64,000 bases of DNA from a virus, in IMG/VR virus record IMGVR_UViG_3300020733_000010, positions 96,001 to 160,000 of that record. One strand, given 5' to 3'. Shown here piece by piece: positions 30,141 to 39,670 of this stretch (the stretch's first letter is position 1; each line of letters starts with the position of its first letter). The notes below the pieces were generated by a model. It saw nothing but the letters and a program-made list of their open reading frames with translations. It was not told the origin of the DNA and searched no databases. The translations under genes and the position numbers were made by a program.

Positions 30141-30512
30141 ATGGCAGCACCAAATTTAATAGCAGGTAATGTGATTACCGGTAACACAGTAGGAGTAAGT
30201 TTAACAAATACTTCTGCTACATCAATTTTAAGCAATCCTTCAAGTAGCGGGCATTGTTATAAAGTAAACACACTTAACGTAAGCAATGGCACAGGATCAG
30301 CAGCGAACATTACGGTTGCATGGTATAATGCAGCATCAATCGGTGGCACGGCATTCCCGATAGCAAACACAATGTCAGTTCCTGCATATTCTACAATTAA
30401 CATCATTGACAAAACTAGTCAATACTATCTTGCAGAAAATACAAGTATAGGTGCAACCGCAGGAACAAGCAATGCACTCACAGTTACATTAAGTTATGAG
30501 GATATTAGCTAA
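30141..30512 (+). CDS. Small fibre adaptor/connector protein, type A
   Basis: 123 aa beta-rich (MAAPNL...YKVNTLNVSN...IDKTSQYYL.EN..I.ATAG..LTVTLSYEDIS), paralog of 34048-34404; TAATG overlap with the next gene. Confidence 0.6.
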   Translation: MAAPNLIAGNVITGNTVGVSLTNTSATSILSNPSSSGHCYKVNTLNVSNGTGSAANITVAWYNAASIGGTAFPIANTMSVPAYSTINIIDKTSQYYLAENTSIGATAGTSNALTVTLSYEDIS

Positions 30513-31486
30513 TGTCTAAAAGATATGATGGAGGAATAATGGGAGGTACCTTAGGGTTACCAACTTCTAGTTCTCAATCCGGTATGTGGTCTCTATCATT
30601 GGCTTCTCAGATAGCAGGGTCCAATGCTTGGGGTGGTGTTGGCGCACAATCTATTTCAACTACTGTTATGCTTGCTGGTGGCGGTGGTGCCGGCGGTGGC
30701 GGTACACTTTATTGGGGTGCCGGCGGTGGCGGTGGCGGATATGTTTACCAAACAGTTTCTTTTATAAAAGGTATAACTTACACTATATCTATTGGCGCAG
30801 GTGGAACAAATTCTTCAGGCACTGGTAATGGAATAGGTGGCAACACAACACTAACAATGGCTGGTGGATTTACAATGACCGCCCTGGGTGGTGGCGGTGG
30901 AGGGATGACCGACGCCTCTCCTTACCTATACATAGCAGGCACCGCTGGCGGATGTGGTGGAGGAAGTATAGCAGACGCTGGCGGATCTACTGGTGTTCTT
31001 GGTGGTGTTGGTTTTCAAGGTAATGTTGGCGGTACTGGTACAGTGGGTGTCAATCGCGGTGGTGGTGGCGGTGGTGCTGGTACAGCTGGCGGCGCTGCCG
31101 TGAGTGCAGGTGGTGCCAAAGGAGGCGACGGACTTTCTAACTCGCTATTAGGGGGAACAAGTTATTATTGGTGTGGTGGCGGAGCATCCTCTGGCGGCAC
31201 ATCAACAACCAAAAATGGCGGACTTGGTGGCGGGGCTGCTTCGGGAACCGGCACTAGTAGTCCAGGTGGCAGTGGCATAAATACAGGATCTGGTCGCAAT
31301 GGTGGAACAAATACTGGAGGCGGAGGGGGTAGCAATCAAACTGGTGGCCAAGGTGGGTCGGGCGCATTGATAGTATCATATCCATCAACATTAAGTCCTA
31401 CTCTTACTGGTACTTATACATCATATTCTGCATATAGTGGAAATATTGCTGTGTTATTCACTGGATCTGGAACAATTACATTCTAA
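30512..31486 (+). CDS. Glycine-rich (polyglycine) fibre tip/adhesin-like protein
   Basis: Repeated GGGGG segments between variable loops; paralog of 32036-32908. Confidence 0.6.
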   Translation: MSKRYDGGIMGGTLGLPTSSSQSGMWSLSLASQIAGSNAWGGVGAQSISTTVMLAGGGGAGGGGTLYWGAGGGGGGYVYQTVSFIKGITYTISIGAGGTNSSGTGNGIGGNTTLTMAGGFTMTALGGGGGGMTDASPYLYIAGTAGGCGGGSIADAGGSTGVLGGVGFQGNVGGTGTVGVNRGGGGGGAGTAGGAAVSAGGAKGGDGLSNSLLGGTSYYWCGGGASSGGTSTTKNGGLGGGAASGTGTSSPGGSGINTGSGRNGGTNTGGGGGSNQTGGQGGSGALIVSYPSTLSPTLTGTYTSYSAYSGNIAVLFTGSGTITF

Positions 31487-31495
31487 GGATAAACA

Positions 31496-31696
31496 ATGAC
31501 AACATTAGTAACAACAACTTTACTAGATCAAACAGGTAACATAAATATGACTGGTGCTAATATTACATTAGGTCCAGCAGCAAATATCCACATATCAGGT
31601 GGTTCAAAAAATCAAACGTTGATTTCGGATGGCGCAAATAATCTATCATGGGTAGATGTTGATATTATTAATCCATTCATGTTAATGGGGGCATAA
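31496..31696 (+). CDS. Miniature fibre stalk protein (66 aa)
   Basis: Consists only of the LGxxxNxxISGG..Q.L.SDG..NLSW module seen in the big stalks, plus a hydrophobic C-terminus INPFMLMGA; AAGGA Shine-Dalgarno. Confidence 0.6.
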   Translation: MTTLVTTTLLDQTGNINMTGANITLGPAANIHISGGSKNQTLISDGANNLSWVDVDIINPFMLMGA

Positions 31697-31706
31697 GGAA
31701 AAATAT

Positions 31707-32036
31707 ATGGCAATAACATACAAAGTTTTAGGACAATCAATACCATCAGCATCAACTAATACCGATGTATACACTGTAGGTGCAGGGAAAAGCGCAGTAG
31801 TTTCTACTATTAATATATGCAATCAAGCAGCTTCATCAAGTGCTGCGACTGTTGCAGTTAGACCAAGTGGCGCAGCATTGTCAACATCACAGTATATTGT
31901 TTATCAAACTCCAGTTGCTGCAAATGACGCATTAGCATTAACGATTGGTGTAACGTTGGCTGCTACGGATGTTATTACCGTTAGTTCAAACACAGGCAAT
32001 GTTAGTTTCTCAGTATTTGGTAGTGAGTTAAGTTAA
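31707..32036 (+). CDS. Small fibre adaptor/connector protein, type B
   Basis: 109 aa (MAITYKVLGQ...VSTINICNQ...GVTLAATDVITV..SFSVFGSELS), distantly like the type A adaptors; TAATG overlap with the next gene. Confidence 0.6.
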   Translation: MAITYKVLGQSIPSASTNTDVYTVGAGKSAVVSTINICNQAASSSAATVAVRPSGAALSTSQYIVYQTPVAANDALALTIGVTLAATDVITVSSNTGNVSFSVFGSELS

Positions 32037-32908
32037 TGGGAATTAAAAGAGCAATTTATAGTAATATCCTTCAAAAGGATACACAGTATAATAATGTACC
32101 TTTTAATCAACTTGGTGCTCAATATATTACTGTTACTTTAATGTTGGCTGGTGGTGGATCACACGGCGGCGGTGGTTATGTCTATCAAAGTGCACAGTTT
32201 GTAAAAGGTGTTACATATACAGTGGTTGTTGGTGCAGGTGGAGCAAGCGGTTCAAGCGGTGGTAACACCACGGTGACCATGGCTGGCGGCCTTACTGTAA
32301 CTGCTTATGGCGGAGGTTACAACGGAACTCCTCAAAATACTTATGGAGCACCAGCGAGCTTTGCTGGATCAGGGGGCGGTTGTGGTGGCGGAAGCGCTGA
32401 CAACAACTATAGTGGGGGCTATTCTGTACCATACGGCGGTACAGGCTTGCAAGGCGCCAACGGCGGTATCAGTGATGGTACCGGACGCATTGGCGGCGGA
32501 GGCGGAGCAGGAGCCAACGGTGGTACTGCCAGTGCTACTGGAGCGTCTGGCGGCAACGGACTGTCAAACACATTGTTGGGTGGTAGTACATACTACTGGT
32601 GTGGCGGTGGCGGCGCGAGCGGCAACTTGGGACAAACTGGCAACAAAGGTGGCTTTGGTGGTGGAGGTGCCACTGGGTCAGGTTCTGTACCAGATACCAC
32701 ACACGCCATCAATGCCGCAACAGCACAAGGTGCAACCAATACTGGTGGTGGTGGTTCAGCTGGCTACACCGGTGGCAGTGGTGCAGTAATAATATCTTAT
32801 CCAACTACGTCTTCGGCTCCTACATTAACAGGAACATATACAATTTATGCTGCATCAGGTGGATACATTGGTATATTATTCACCGGATCAGGAACAATAA
32901 AATTCTAA
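32036..32908 (+). CDS. Glycine-rich fibre tip/adhesin-like protein
   Basis: Paralog of 30512-31486 (shared GGGYVYQ, GNTT.TMAGG, GLSN.LLGG..YYWCGGG and LFTGSGTI.F). Confidence 0.6.
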   Translation: MGIKRAIYSNILQKDTQYNNVPFNQLGAQYITVTLMLAGGGSHGGGGYVYQSAQFVKGVTYTVVVGAGGASGSSGGNTTVTMAGGLTVTAYGGGYNGTPQNTYGAPASFAGSGGGCGGGSADNNYSGGYSVPYGGTGLQGANGGISDGTGRIGGGGGAGANGGTASATGASGGNGLSNTLLGGSTYYWCGGGGASGNLGQTGNKGGFGGGGATGSGSVPDTTHAINAATAQGATNTGGGGSAGYTGGSGAVIISYPTTSSAPTLTGTYTIYAASGGYIGILFTGSGTIKF

Positions 32909-32919
32909 AGGAAATAAAA

Positions 32920-33294
32920 ATGAGTCATTATGCACAAATAGATGAAAACAACATTGTTAAACAAGTACTTGTCATTGAACAAGACGTTATAGATACAGGT
33001 TTATTTGGAGACCCCAAAACATTTATTCAAACTAGTTACAATACTAGAGGAAATGTACACTATGGATCCGATGGTAACCCAGACGGTGGCGTAGCACTAC
33101 GTGGAAATTATGCTGGTATAGGATATACATACGATCCAGTAAATGATGTATTCTATCCACCTAAACCTTTTTCAAGTTGGACGATCAGTGCTGAAACAAA
33201 TTGGGTATGGACTAGCCCTACCCCATATCCAACAGACGGCAAAGATTATAGTTGGGATGAAGATACCACTAGTTGGGTAGTCATAAATACATAA
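32920..33294 (+). CDS. Trp/Tyr/Pro-rich small protein, possible fibre assembly chaperone
   Basis: Real start is probably the ATG at 32920 (AAGGA Shine-Dalgarno at 32908-32912), not 32599. MSHYAQIDENNIV...QTSYNT...NYAGIGYTYD...W..P.PYP.DGK.Y.WDE.T.SW. Confidence 0.6.
   Translation: MSHYAQIDENNIVKQVLVIEQDVIDTGLFGDPKTFIQTSYNTRGNVHYGSDGNPDGGVALRGNYAGIGYTYDPVNDVFYPPKPFSSWTISAETNWVWTSPTPYPTDGKDYSWDEDTTSWVVINT
33283..33289 (+). promoter_or_regulatory. Late promoter box ATAAATA
   Basis: Within the last codons of the upstream gene; followed by an AAGG Shine-Dalgarno and the ATG at 33306. Confidence 0.45.
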
Positions 33295-33305
33295 TAAGGT
33301 AAAAA

Positions 33306-34046
33306 ATGTCATTTCCAAGTAGTCCAATTAACGGTCAAGTAGCGATACTTAACGGTATATATTATACATATACCTCGACAACCAACAGTTGGACTAGAAG
33401 TGCCGCCTCTCAACCTACCATGAGTGTAAATGTTGATACATTTACGAGTGACGGTGTTACACTTGCTTTTACATTGAGTGTAACCCCAGTTAACATAAAC
33501 TTAATAACAGTTAATATTGATGGCGTATTCCAACAAAAAACATCTTTTACATTAACAAATAATGTTCTAACTTTAACAGGTGCACCATTCGTAGGTGCAA
33601 TCATAGAAGTAAGAACTATGGTTGCGGCACCTGCAAGTGTAATAACTGGTTTGGTATTAGATACATTTACCGGCGACGGTTCTACCGTTAACTTTACGTT
33701 AAGCCAAGCACCTACATCAAAGAATTTTACCTTAGTAACAACAGGCGGTGTAGTACAACAGAAATCAACATATTCACTGCTTGGTACAACAATAACATTT
33801 TCAACTGCTCCTGCAAATACTGCACCCATTGAAGTTATGACATTTGGTCCTGCAATTAATACTTCTTTAGCTGCGGGTTCAAATTCACAGGTTCAAATTA
33901 ATAACAACGGTGCTCTAGGAGCATCTACTAATTTAACATTCAACACTTCAACTAATACATTGAATGCAACTAATATCACACAGAATAGTGTACCCGTAGC
34001 AACAAACGGAAAAGCCATTGCTCTAGGCATGGTATTCGGAGGATAA
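33306..34046 (+). CDS. Fibre stalk/branch protein with two DTFTGDG-type beta-sandwich repeats
   Basis: MSFPSSP N-terminus, two DTFT(S/G)DG.T..FTL repeats, C-terminus KAIALGMVFGG. Confidence 0.62.
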   Translation: MSFPSSPINGQVAILNGIYYTYTSTTNSWTRSAASQPTMSVNVDTFTSDGVTLAFTLSVTPVNINLITVNIDGVFQQKTSFTLTNNVLTLTGAPFVGAIIEVRTMVAAPASVITGLVLDTFTGDGSTVNFTLSQAPTSKNFTLVTTGGVVQQKSTYSLLGTTITFSTAPANTAPIEVMTFGPAINTSLAAGSNSQVQINNNGALGASTNLTFNTSTNTLNATNITQNSVPVATNGKAIALGMVFGG

Positions 34047-34047
34047 C

Positions 34048-34404
34048 ATGTCAGCACCAAATATAGTAAACGTACAAACAATTACAGGTACACTAGCAGT
34101 TCAGCAGGTTACAACATCTGCTACAGCAATTGTAACTAATAGTTCAAGTAGTAGCCAAGTATATAAAGTCAACACATTAACTATTAGTAACGTTGGCGCT
34201 AGTGCGGCAACTATTACAGTAGATGTTTATAGATCATCTACGCCATATCGTATTTCATATAATGTCAGTGTACCAGTCAATGCAACATTTACACCTATTG
34301 ATAGAACAGCAATGTTATATTTGAATGAAGGTGACGTATTGCGATTAACTGCAAGTGCAGCAAACATATTAGAAGCAACATGCAGCTATGAGGTAATCAG
34401 TTAA
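34048..34404 (+). CDS. Small fibre adaptor/connector protein, type A
   Basis: 118 aa (MSAPNIVNV...YKVNTLTISN...IDRTAMLYLNEGD.L..TAS..LEATCSYEVIS); paralog of 30141-30512; TAATG overlap. Confidence 0.62.
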   Translation: MSAPNIVNVQTITGTLAVQQVTTSATAIVTNSSSSSQVYKVNTLTISNVGASAATITVDVYRSSTPYRISYNVSVPVNATFTPIDRTAMLYLNEGDVLRLTASAANILEATCSYEVIS

Positions 34405-37400
34405 TGTATAACGGTGGTATCAGAGGCAAACGTGCTGGTGATGGTTTTGGTACATTGTCAGCAAGAGACCAATTCAATCAAAGTGTTTTACAAATCCCTG
34501 CATTGACTGGATGGCAACCTACTGATGGCAGCTATAATATTTTGACCGGACAAAATGCGGTAGCACCCGGTGCAATTGTAGTTGTGTATGGAACTGGGTT
34601 CTCTAGTACAGCAACATATACAGTTTATTTGGGTAATGTACAAATTGGATCATATACAGTAGTAGATACTGGACGCCTTGCTTTTACAATTCCTAGCGCA
34701 CAAAGTTCAGGTGTTTACACATTAGTAATATATTCAAGCACCGGTGGCGCAGCAGCATTGGTTCCCGGCATACAAGTTTCAGGTTTCCCTACTTGGACAT
34801 TTACATCGTATTCTCAAGCAACTATCCAATCAGTCAGTATTCAGTTACAAGCAACAGGTAATGCACCATTGACATATGCATTACAAACACCAAATACGTT
34901 ACCTGCAGGATTATCATTAAGTTCAACCGGTTTGATTAGCGGGTCACTTACTGTTGCTATCAATACACTATCAACATATACAGTCAATGTTATCGTTTAT
35001 GACGCAGCAAATCAACCCACAACACAAACAATAACAATTACGTTAATTGTAAATGATACATATTTCTCAAACACAACTATGGTATTGACTGGTGAAGCAA
35101 ACAACACACCGTTCATCGCCGATGCAAGCACTAACAATTTTCAGTTAACATTAAATGGTAACCCAAAACCAACATATACTACACCCTACTTGGGTGATGG
35201 TTACTACAGCAACTTGTTTGACGGCTCTAGTGGGTACTTAAATTTAGGTACCCCCAGCGCACTACAAGTAGGCAGCAACAACTTTACCATTGAGGCTTGG
35301 ATATTTCCTATGAGCACTGGACCAATGCTGATACTGGGAAACTTAAATAACGGTAGTGGAACTGGTTCTTATTGGCTTATTGTTAATTCAACATTCAGCG
35401 GTGGTAGCCTATTCCAATTGGGATACAACTCTAGTAGTACAGGTTATAACATTCAAGTTGGAACAGGCACACTGACAACATATACTTGGCATCATGTTGC
35501 AGTGTCTAGAAGTGGATCCAATGTTTACTTCTTCTTAGATGGAGCGCAAGTTGGTGCAACAAACACCAGCATTGGTTCAAGAGTAATAGACTCCAATTCC
35601 AACACATTTTATATTGGATACGCAGTGTCTGGTTCATATTATGTCAACGGTTACCTCTCTAACTTGAGATTGGTCAACGGCGCAGCACTATACACCGCAA
35701 ACTTTACTCCAAGCACAACATCACTGACCTCAGTGGCAAATACAGCACTATTGACCAGCCAATCAACTAGTATTGTTGACAAAAGTGCAAACAACCTCGC
35801 AATAACCAAGTCTGGTACAGTAAACATCTCACCAGCAACACCGTTTGCCACACCAACAAGTGTAACAGTGAATACTGGTTATAGTGTTAACTTTAGTAGT
35901 CAAACTGATTATTTGACAGTAGCATCTAACGCAGTTTTTGCTTTTGCTGGAGCATTTACAGTAGAAGGATGGTTCTATTGGCCAACTATTCCATCAGCGG
36001 GTAGTTTGCTTGGTACCTTGACTGCTAACGGATTTAACTTTTATACAGACGGTACTACCTTAGGACTTAACAGCTATGGATCAGGTAATGTATGCTCAGT
36101 GGCATTCCCATCGAGAAATACTTGGCATCACATTGCAATGACCAGAGATGCATCAAATAATTGTACAATATGGGTAGATGGAGCAAGTTCCGCTACTGGC
36201 ACAAGCGCACAGAGTTTTGTGCAGGCTGCTTGGACAATATATGGTGGTAGCAACAACGGAGGTAGTGGATATATTAGTAACCATAGAGTCGTAAAGGGAA
36301 CTGCTGTATATACATCAGCATTTACACCTAGTACTACACCGTTAACAGCAATCGCCAATACGCAATTGTTAACTTGCCAAGGTAATCAAATAGTAGATGC
36401 AAGCACTAACGCATTTGCCATCACTTTAGGTGGCTCACCTAAAGTACTTAACAATGCTTATCCATTCACAATGCCAACATCAACGGTATCTAACTTAAGT
36501 AATCTTGGTACAACATATTTTAATGGTAGTACGGATTACCTACAATCAACTGTTACAGGACCCGGCACAGGTGATTTTACGATTGAAGGGTGGGCATACG
36601 CAACGACATTAGTTTCAGGATCTTCCAACCTATTCAGTATTGTGGCTAGCGGTAGCAGTAATGGATTCCAAGTCTATATGAGTTCAAATAATGGATTTGG
36701 TATAAGAAGCAACTCGGCTAATATTACACCAAATAATTCTGGCGGTATTACACCGGTAACCAACAGTTGGTATCATGTGGCAATGGTCAGAAAATCCGGA
36801 ACTATATCTTTGTACATCAACGGTGTACTTGCAGCCAGTACAACCACATCGTATACATTCAGTGATACACAGTTTAACGTTGGTTATAGTCCAATTGGAA
36901 CTTATTTTGCAGGATATATCAGTGACATAAGATATGTTAACGGCACAGCGTTATACACTAATACCTTTGCCCCAACATATCAACCACTAACAGCAGTAAC
37001 TAATACAAGTCTATTGACATTACAATATAATGGTGGTTCAACCAACACAGCAATTGCCGATAACAGCATATTCAATAATGTAATAACTACCGTAGGAAAC
37101 CCCTCTCAAGGTAACTTTAGTCCATATAGTCAAAACGGTTGGAGTAATTACTTCAATGGTAGTACAGATTATTTTTCTTTATCATCTTCAACGTTAACAC
37201 TAGGTACTACCTCATGTACAATTGAAGGATGGTTCTACCCTATTAGTACTTCTGGTAGTTATAACCTCATATGTTCAAATAGAACTTCAGCTGGAACTGA
37301 CGGTATCTCACTAACGGTCACCAGCGCAAATAAATTTGCTATAACAACTTCTGGAACTTTGTTATACACATCAACTACAACTATAAACAATAATGTTTGG

Positions 37401-39662
37401 ACACATTTTGCGTTTGTTCGCACTGGTTCACAAAGTTGTAGCCTGTATATTAATGGTGTTTTAGATGGTTCTTTTACTGATAACAGAAATTTTGCAGGTA
37501 CAGGTTTATTAATTGCTGGCGGCGAAACAGGAAATAACGATTGGACTGGATACATCTCAAACTTACGTATACTTAAAAATACAGCCCTCTACACCAGCAA
37601 CTTTACGCCATCTACTACACCATTAACTACAATATCAAATACAGCAATATTGACCTGCCAATCAAATAGATTTATTGATAACTCAAGTAGTCTATTGGCT
37701 ATAACTACTTCAGGAGCACCTAGTATTCAAGCATTCAGTCCTTTTCAAAGTATGAATGTGATCCCAACATATTATAGTACATACTTTGGTGGCAGTAGTA
37801 ACTATCTAACTATAACCGGTGCTAGTATTCCAGCAACACAAACAACTTTTACTATTGAGTGTTTTATATACATGACACAGTTACCTACATCAACGACTGG
37901 TAACTCTTCTCCATTGATTGGTGATTTTACTCCTTCATCGACCAGTGATTATTGGGCTTTTGGACCAATAGCCAGTGGTGTGTTATCTTTTTATTGGTAT
38001 GACGGTGCTATTAAAACAGTAACAGGTAATACTGTTATGTCAATTAATACTTGGTATCATATCGCTTTATCTGTAAATAGTAGCTCTATAAGTTTGTATG
38101 TTAACGGTGTTGCACAAACTCTTACAGGTACTACTACACTAACCAACAGAACCGGTACATTATCAAGTCTTTACATGGGTCAGTTTAATTCAACAACCAA
38201 TATATATTATGGTTATGTGAGCAGTCTTAGAATCCTAAATACTACAGCATTGTATTCTAGTTCCTTTGTAATACCTACCTCACCTTTGACAGCCATCGCA
38301 ACAACATTGTTACTAACATGTCAAACAAATAAGATAGTTGACCTTTCAACTAACTCATACGCAATTACTAGTACTGGAACAATTAGAGTAGCTACAATTA
38401 ACCCATTCGGTTCACAGTATACTATCACAACACCAGTAGCATACAATCCATCTATTAATGGTGGTAGTTGTTATTTTAACGGTACTACAGATTATCTGAC
38501 TGTACCAAGTACAACCACGCTACAGGGCATTGCCAATCGCAACATGACCATTGAGTTTTGGGTCAACTTCTCTAGTACTTGGAGTAACACCAACTACAAC
38601 CTAATACAAAAAGGTCGTACCGGCACCAGCGACTACGAATGGGGTGTATACTTGACTGGATCTGCTAGCGGTGGTACAGCAGGGGTGATTAGCTGGCAAC
38701 CACAATCTGGCGGAAGTGGAACAAGTAACGGCACCTACAACTCAAGCACAGTCAACATTTATGCAAGTACTTGGAATCATATTGCCATCAGTGTCTCGGG
38801 CACAACAGTCTACTTCTTCTTAAACGGTGTTGCTGCTGGTACAGCGTCGGTAACTTTATCTTCATTTACTGGCGCTGGGGTACTATCTGTTGCCAACAAC
38901 AACAACGGTAGCAATGCCTACTTCCCGGGATACATCAGTGATGTAAGAGTAACTCCCAACGTGGCCATTTACACTAACACCTTCTTCCCACCGGTTGCAC
39001 CATTAACATCAGCACCTACAACAATTTCACAACCGTCAAACTTGTTGTTAAACTTCAACAACGGTGCAATAGTTGATGCACATAGCACAAATAACTTAGT
39101 AGGTGCTGGTACTGCTGGGTTAAGCACTAGTATTAAAAAGTATGGAAGCAGTAGTTTGAGTTTTAGTGGATCATCACAATATTTTTATTCTCCAAGTAAT
39201 CCATTATATGCATTTGGTGTTGGTGATTTCACAATTGAAGCATGGTTCTATCTAAATGCATTGACTAATATTCAACCAGTTTGTCAAAGTGATGCTGTTG
39301 GTACTAGTACTAACGATAAGTGGTTCTTTGGGTACACTTCGTCAACATTAGTATTCAACACACATTCAACTGGCGGTTTTACTAGTTCAATTCCTTGGTC
39401 ACCGTCAACCGGCACATGGTATTATGTTACAGTGGTAAGACAAAGTGGTACAATGAGATTGTATGTGAATGGTGTTGCTGGAACAGTAACAGTAACAGGA
39501 ACACCTAGCGGATACACATTAAATCAAAACGGTATCACGGTGGGCGGAATGAGTACCCCATATTACTTAAATGGTTATATTGACGATTTGAGAATTACTA
39601 AAGGATACGCTCGCTACACTGGTGCCTTCAGTGTACCAGCTAGTCAAGTTTTAACACGATAA
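34404..39662 (+). CDS. Giant LamG/concanavalin-A-like repeat protein (about 7 LamG domains) with N-terminal IPT/TIG and Ig-like domains
   Basis: Seven FTIE.W.Y...W.H.A..R....Y.NG repeats; PGAIVVVYGTGF (IPT-like) and LPAGLSLSSTGLISG (He_PIG-like) near the N-terminus. Confidence 0.8.
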   Translation: MYNGGIRGKRAGDGFGTLSARDQFNQSVLQIPALTGWQPTDGSYNILTGQNAVAPGAIVVVYGTGFSSTATYTVYLGNVQIGSYTVVDTGRLAFTIPSAQSSGVYTLVIYSSTGGAAALVPGIQVSGFPTWTFTSYSQATIQSVSIQLQATGNAPLTYALQTPNTLPAGLSLSSTGLISGSLTVAINTLSTYTVNVIVYDAANQPTTQTITITLIVNDTYFSNTTMVLTGEANNTPFIADASTNNFQLTLNGNPKPTYTTPYLGDGYYSNLFDGSSGYLNLGTPSALQVGSNNFTIEAWIFPMSTGPMLILGNLNNGSGTGSYWLIVNSTFSGGSLFQLGYNSSSTGYNIQVGTGTLTTYTWHHVAVSRSGSNVYFFLDGAQVGATNTSIGSRVIDSNSNTFYIGYAVSGSYYVNGYLSNLRLVNGAALYTANFTPSTTSLTSVANTALLTSQSTSIVDKSANNLAITKSGTVNISPATPFATPTSVTVNTGYSVNFSSQTDYLTVASNAVFAFAGAFTVEGWFYWPTIPSAGSLLGTLTANGFNFYTDGTTLGLNSYGSGNVCSVAFPSRNTWHHIAMTRDASNNCTIWVDGASSATGTSAQSFVQAAWTIYGGSNNGGSGYISNHRVVKGTAVYTSAFTPSTTPLTAIANTQLLTCQGNQIVDASTNAFAITLGGSPKVLNNAYPFTMPTSTVSNLSNLGTTYFNGSTDYLQSTVTGPGTGDFTIEGWAYATTLVSGSSNLFSIVASGSSNGFQVYMSSNNGFGIRSNSANITPNNSGGITPVTNSWYHVAMVRKSGTISLYINGVLAASTTTSYTFSDTQFNVGYSPIGTYFAGYISDIRYVNGTALYTNTFAPTYQPLTAVTNTSLLTLQYNGGSTNTAIADNSIFNNVITTVGNPSQGNFSPYSQNGWSNYFNGSTDYFSLSSSTLTLGTTSCTIEGWFYPISTSGSYNLICSNRTSAGTDGISLTVTSANKFAITTSGTLLYTSTTTINNNVWTHFAFVRTGSQSCSLYINGVLDGSFTDNRNFAGTGLLIAGGETGNNDWTGYISNLRILKNTALYTSNFTPSTTPLTTISNTAILTCQSNRFIDNSSSLLAITTSGAPSIQAFSPFQSMNVIPTYYSTYFGGSSNYLTITGASIPATQTTFTIECFIYMTQLPTSTTGNSSPLIGDFTPSSTSDYWAFGPIASGVLSFYWYDGAIKTVTGNTVMSINTWYHIALSVNSSSISLYVNGVAQTLTGTTTLTNRTGTLSSLYMGQFNSTTNIYYGYVSSLRILNTTALYSSSFVIPTSPLTAIATTLLLTCQTNKIVDLSTNSYAITSTGTIRVATINPFGSQYTITTPVAYNPSINGGSCYFNGTTDYLTVPSTTTLQGIANRNMTIEFWVNFSSTWSNTNYNLIQKGRTGTSDYEWGVYLTGSASGGTAGVISWQPQSGGSGTSNGTYNSSTVNIYASTWNHIAISVSGTTVYFFLNGVAAGTASVTLSSFTGAGVLSVANNNNGSNAYFPGYISDVRVTPNVAIYTNTFFPPVAPLTSAPTTISQPSNLLLNFNNGAIVDAHSTNNLVGAGTAGLSTSIKKYGSSSLSFSGSSQYFYSPSNPLYAFGVGDFTIEAWFYLNALTNIQPVCQSDAVGTSTNDKWFFGYTSSTLVFNTHSTGGFTSSIPWSPSTGTWYYVTVVRQSGTMRLYVNGVAGTVTVTGTPSGYTLNQNGITVGGMSTPYYLNGYIDDLRITKGYARYTGAFSVPASQVLTR

Positions 39663-39665
39663 ATA
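39659..39665 (+). promoter_or_regulatory. Late promoter box ATAAATA, 5 nt before ATG
   Basis: cgATAAATAccattATG; overlaps the upstream stop codon; no Shine-Dalgarno sequence. Confidence 0.55.
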
Positions 39666-39670
39666 CCATT

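Noticed and set aside
32307-32919. Alternate-frame ORFs 32307-32789 and the 32599 extension of the 32920 gene
   Set aside because: By-products of GC-rich Gly codons; the downstream ATG at 32920 has a clear AAGGA Shine-Dalgarno.
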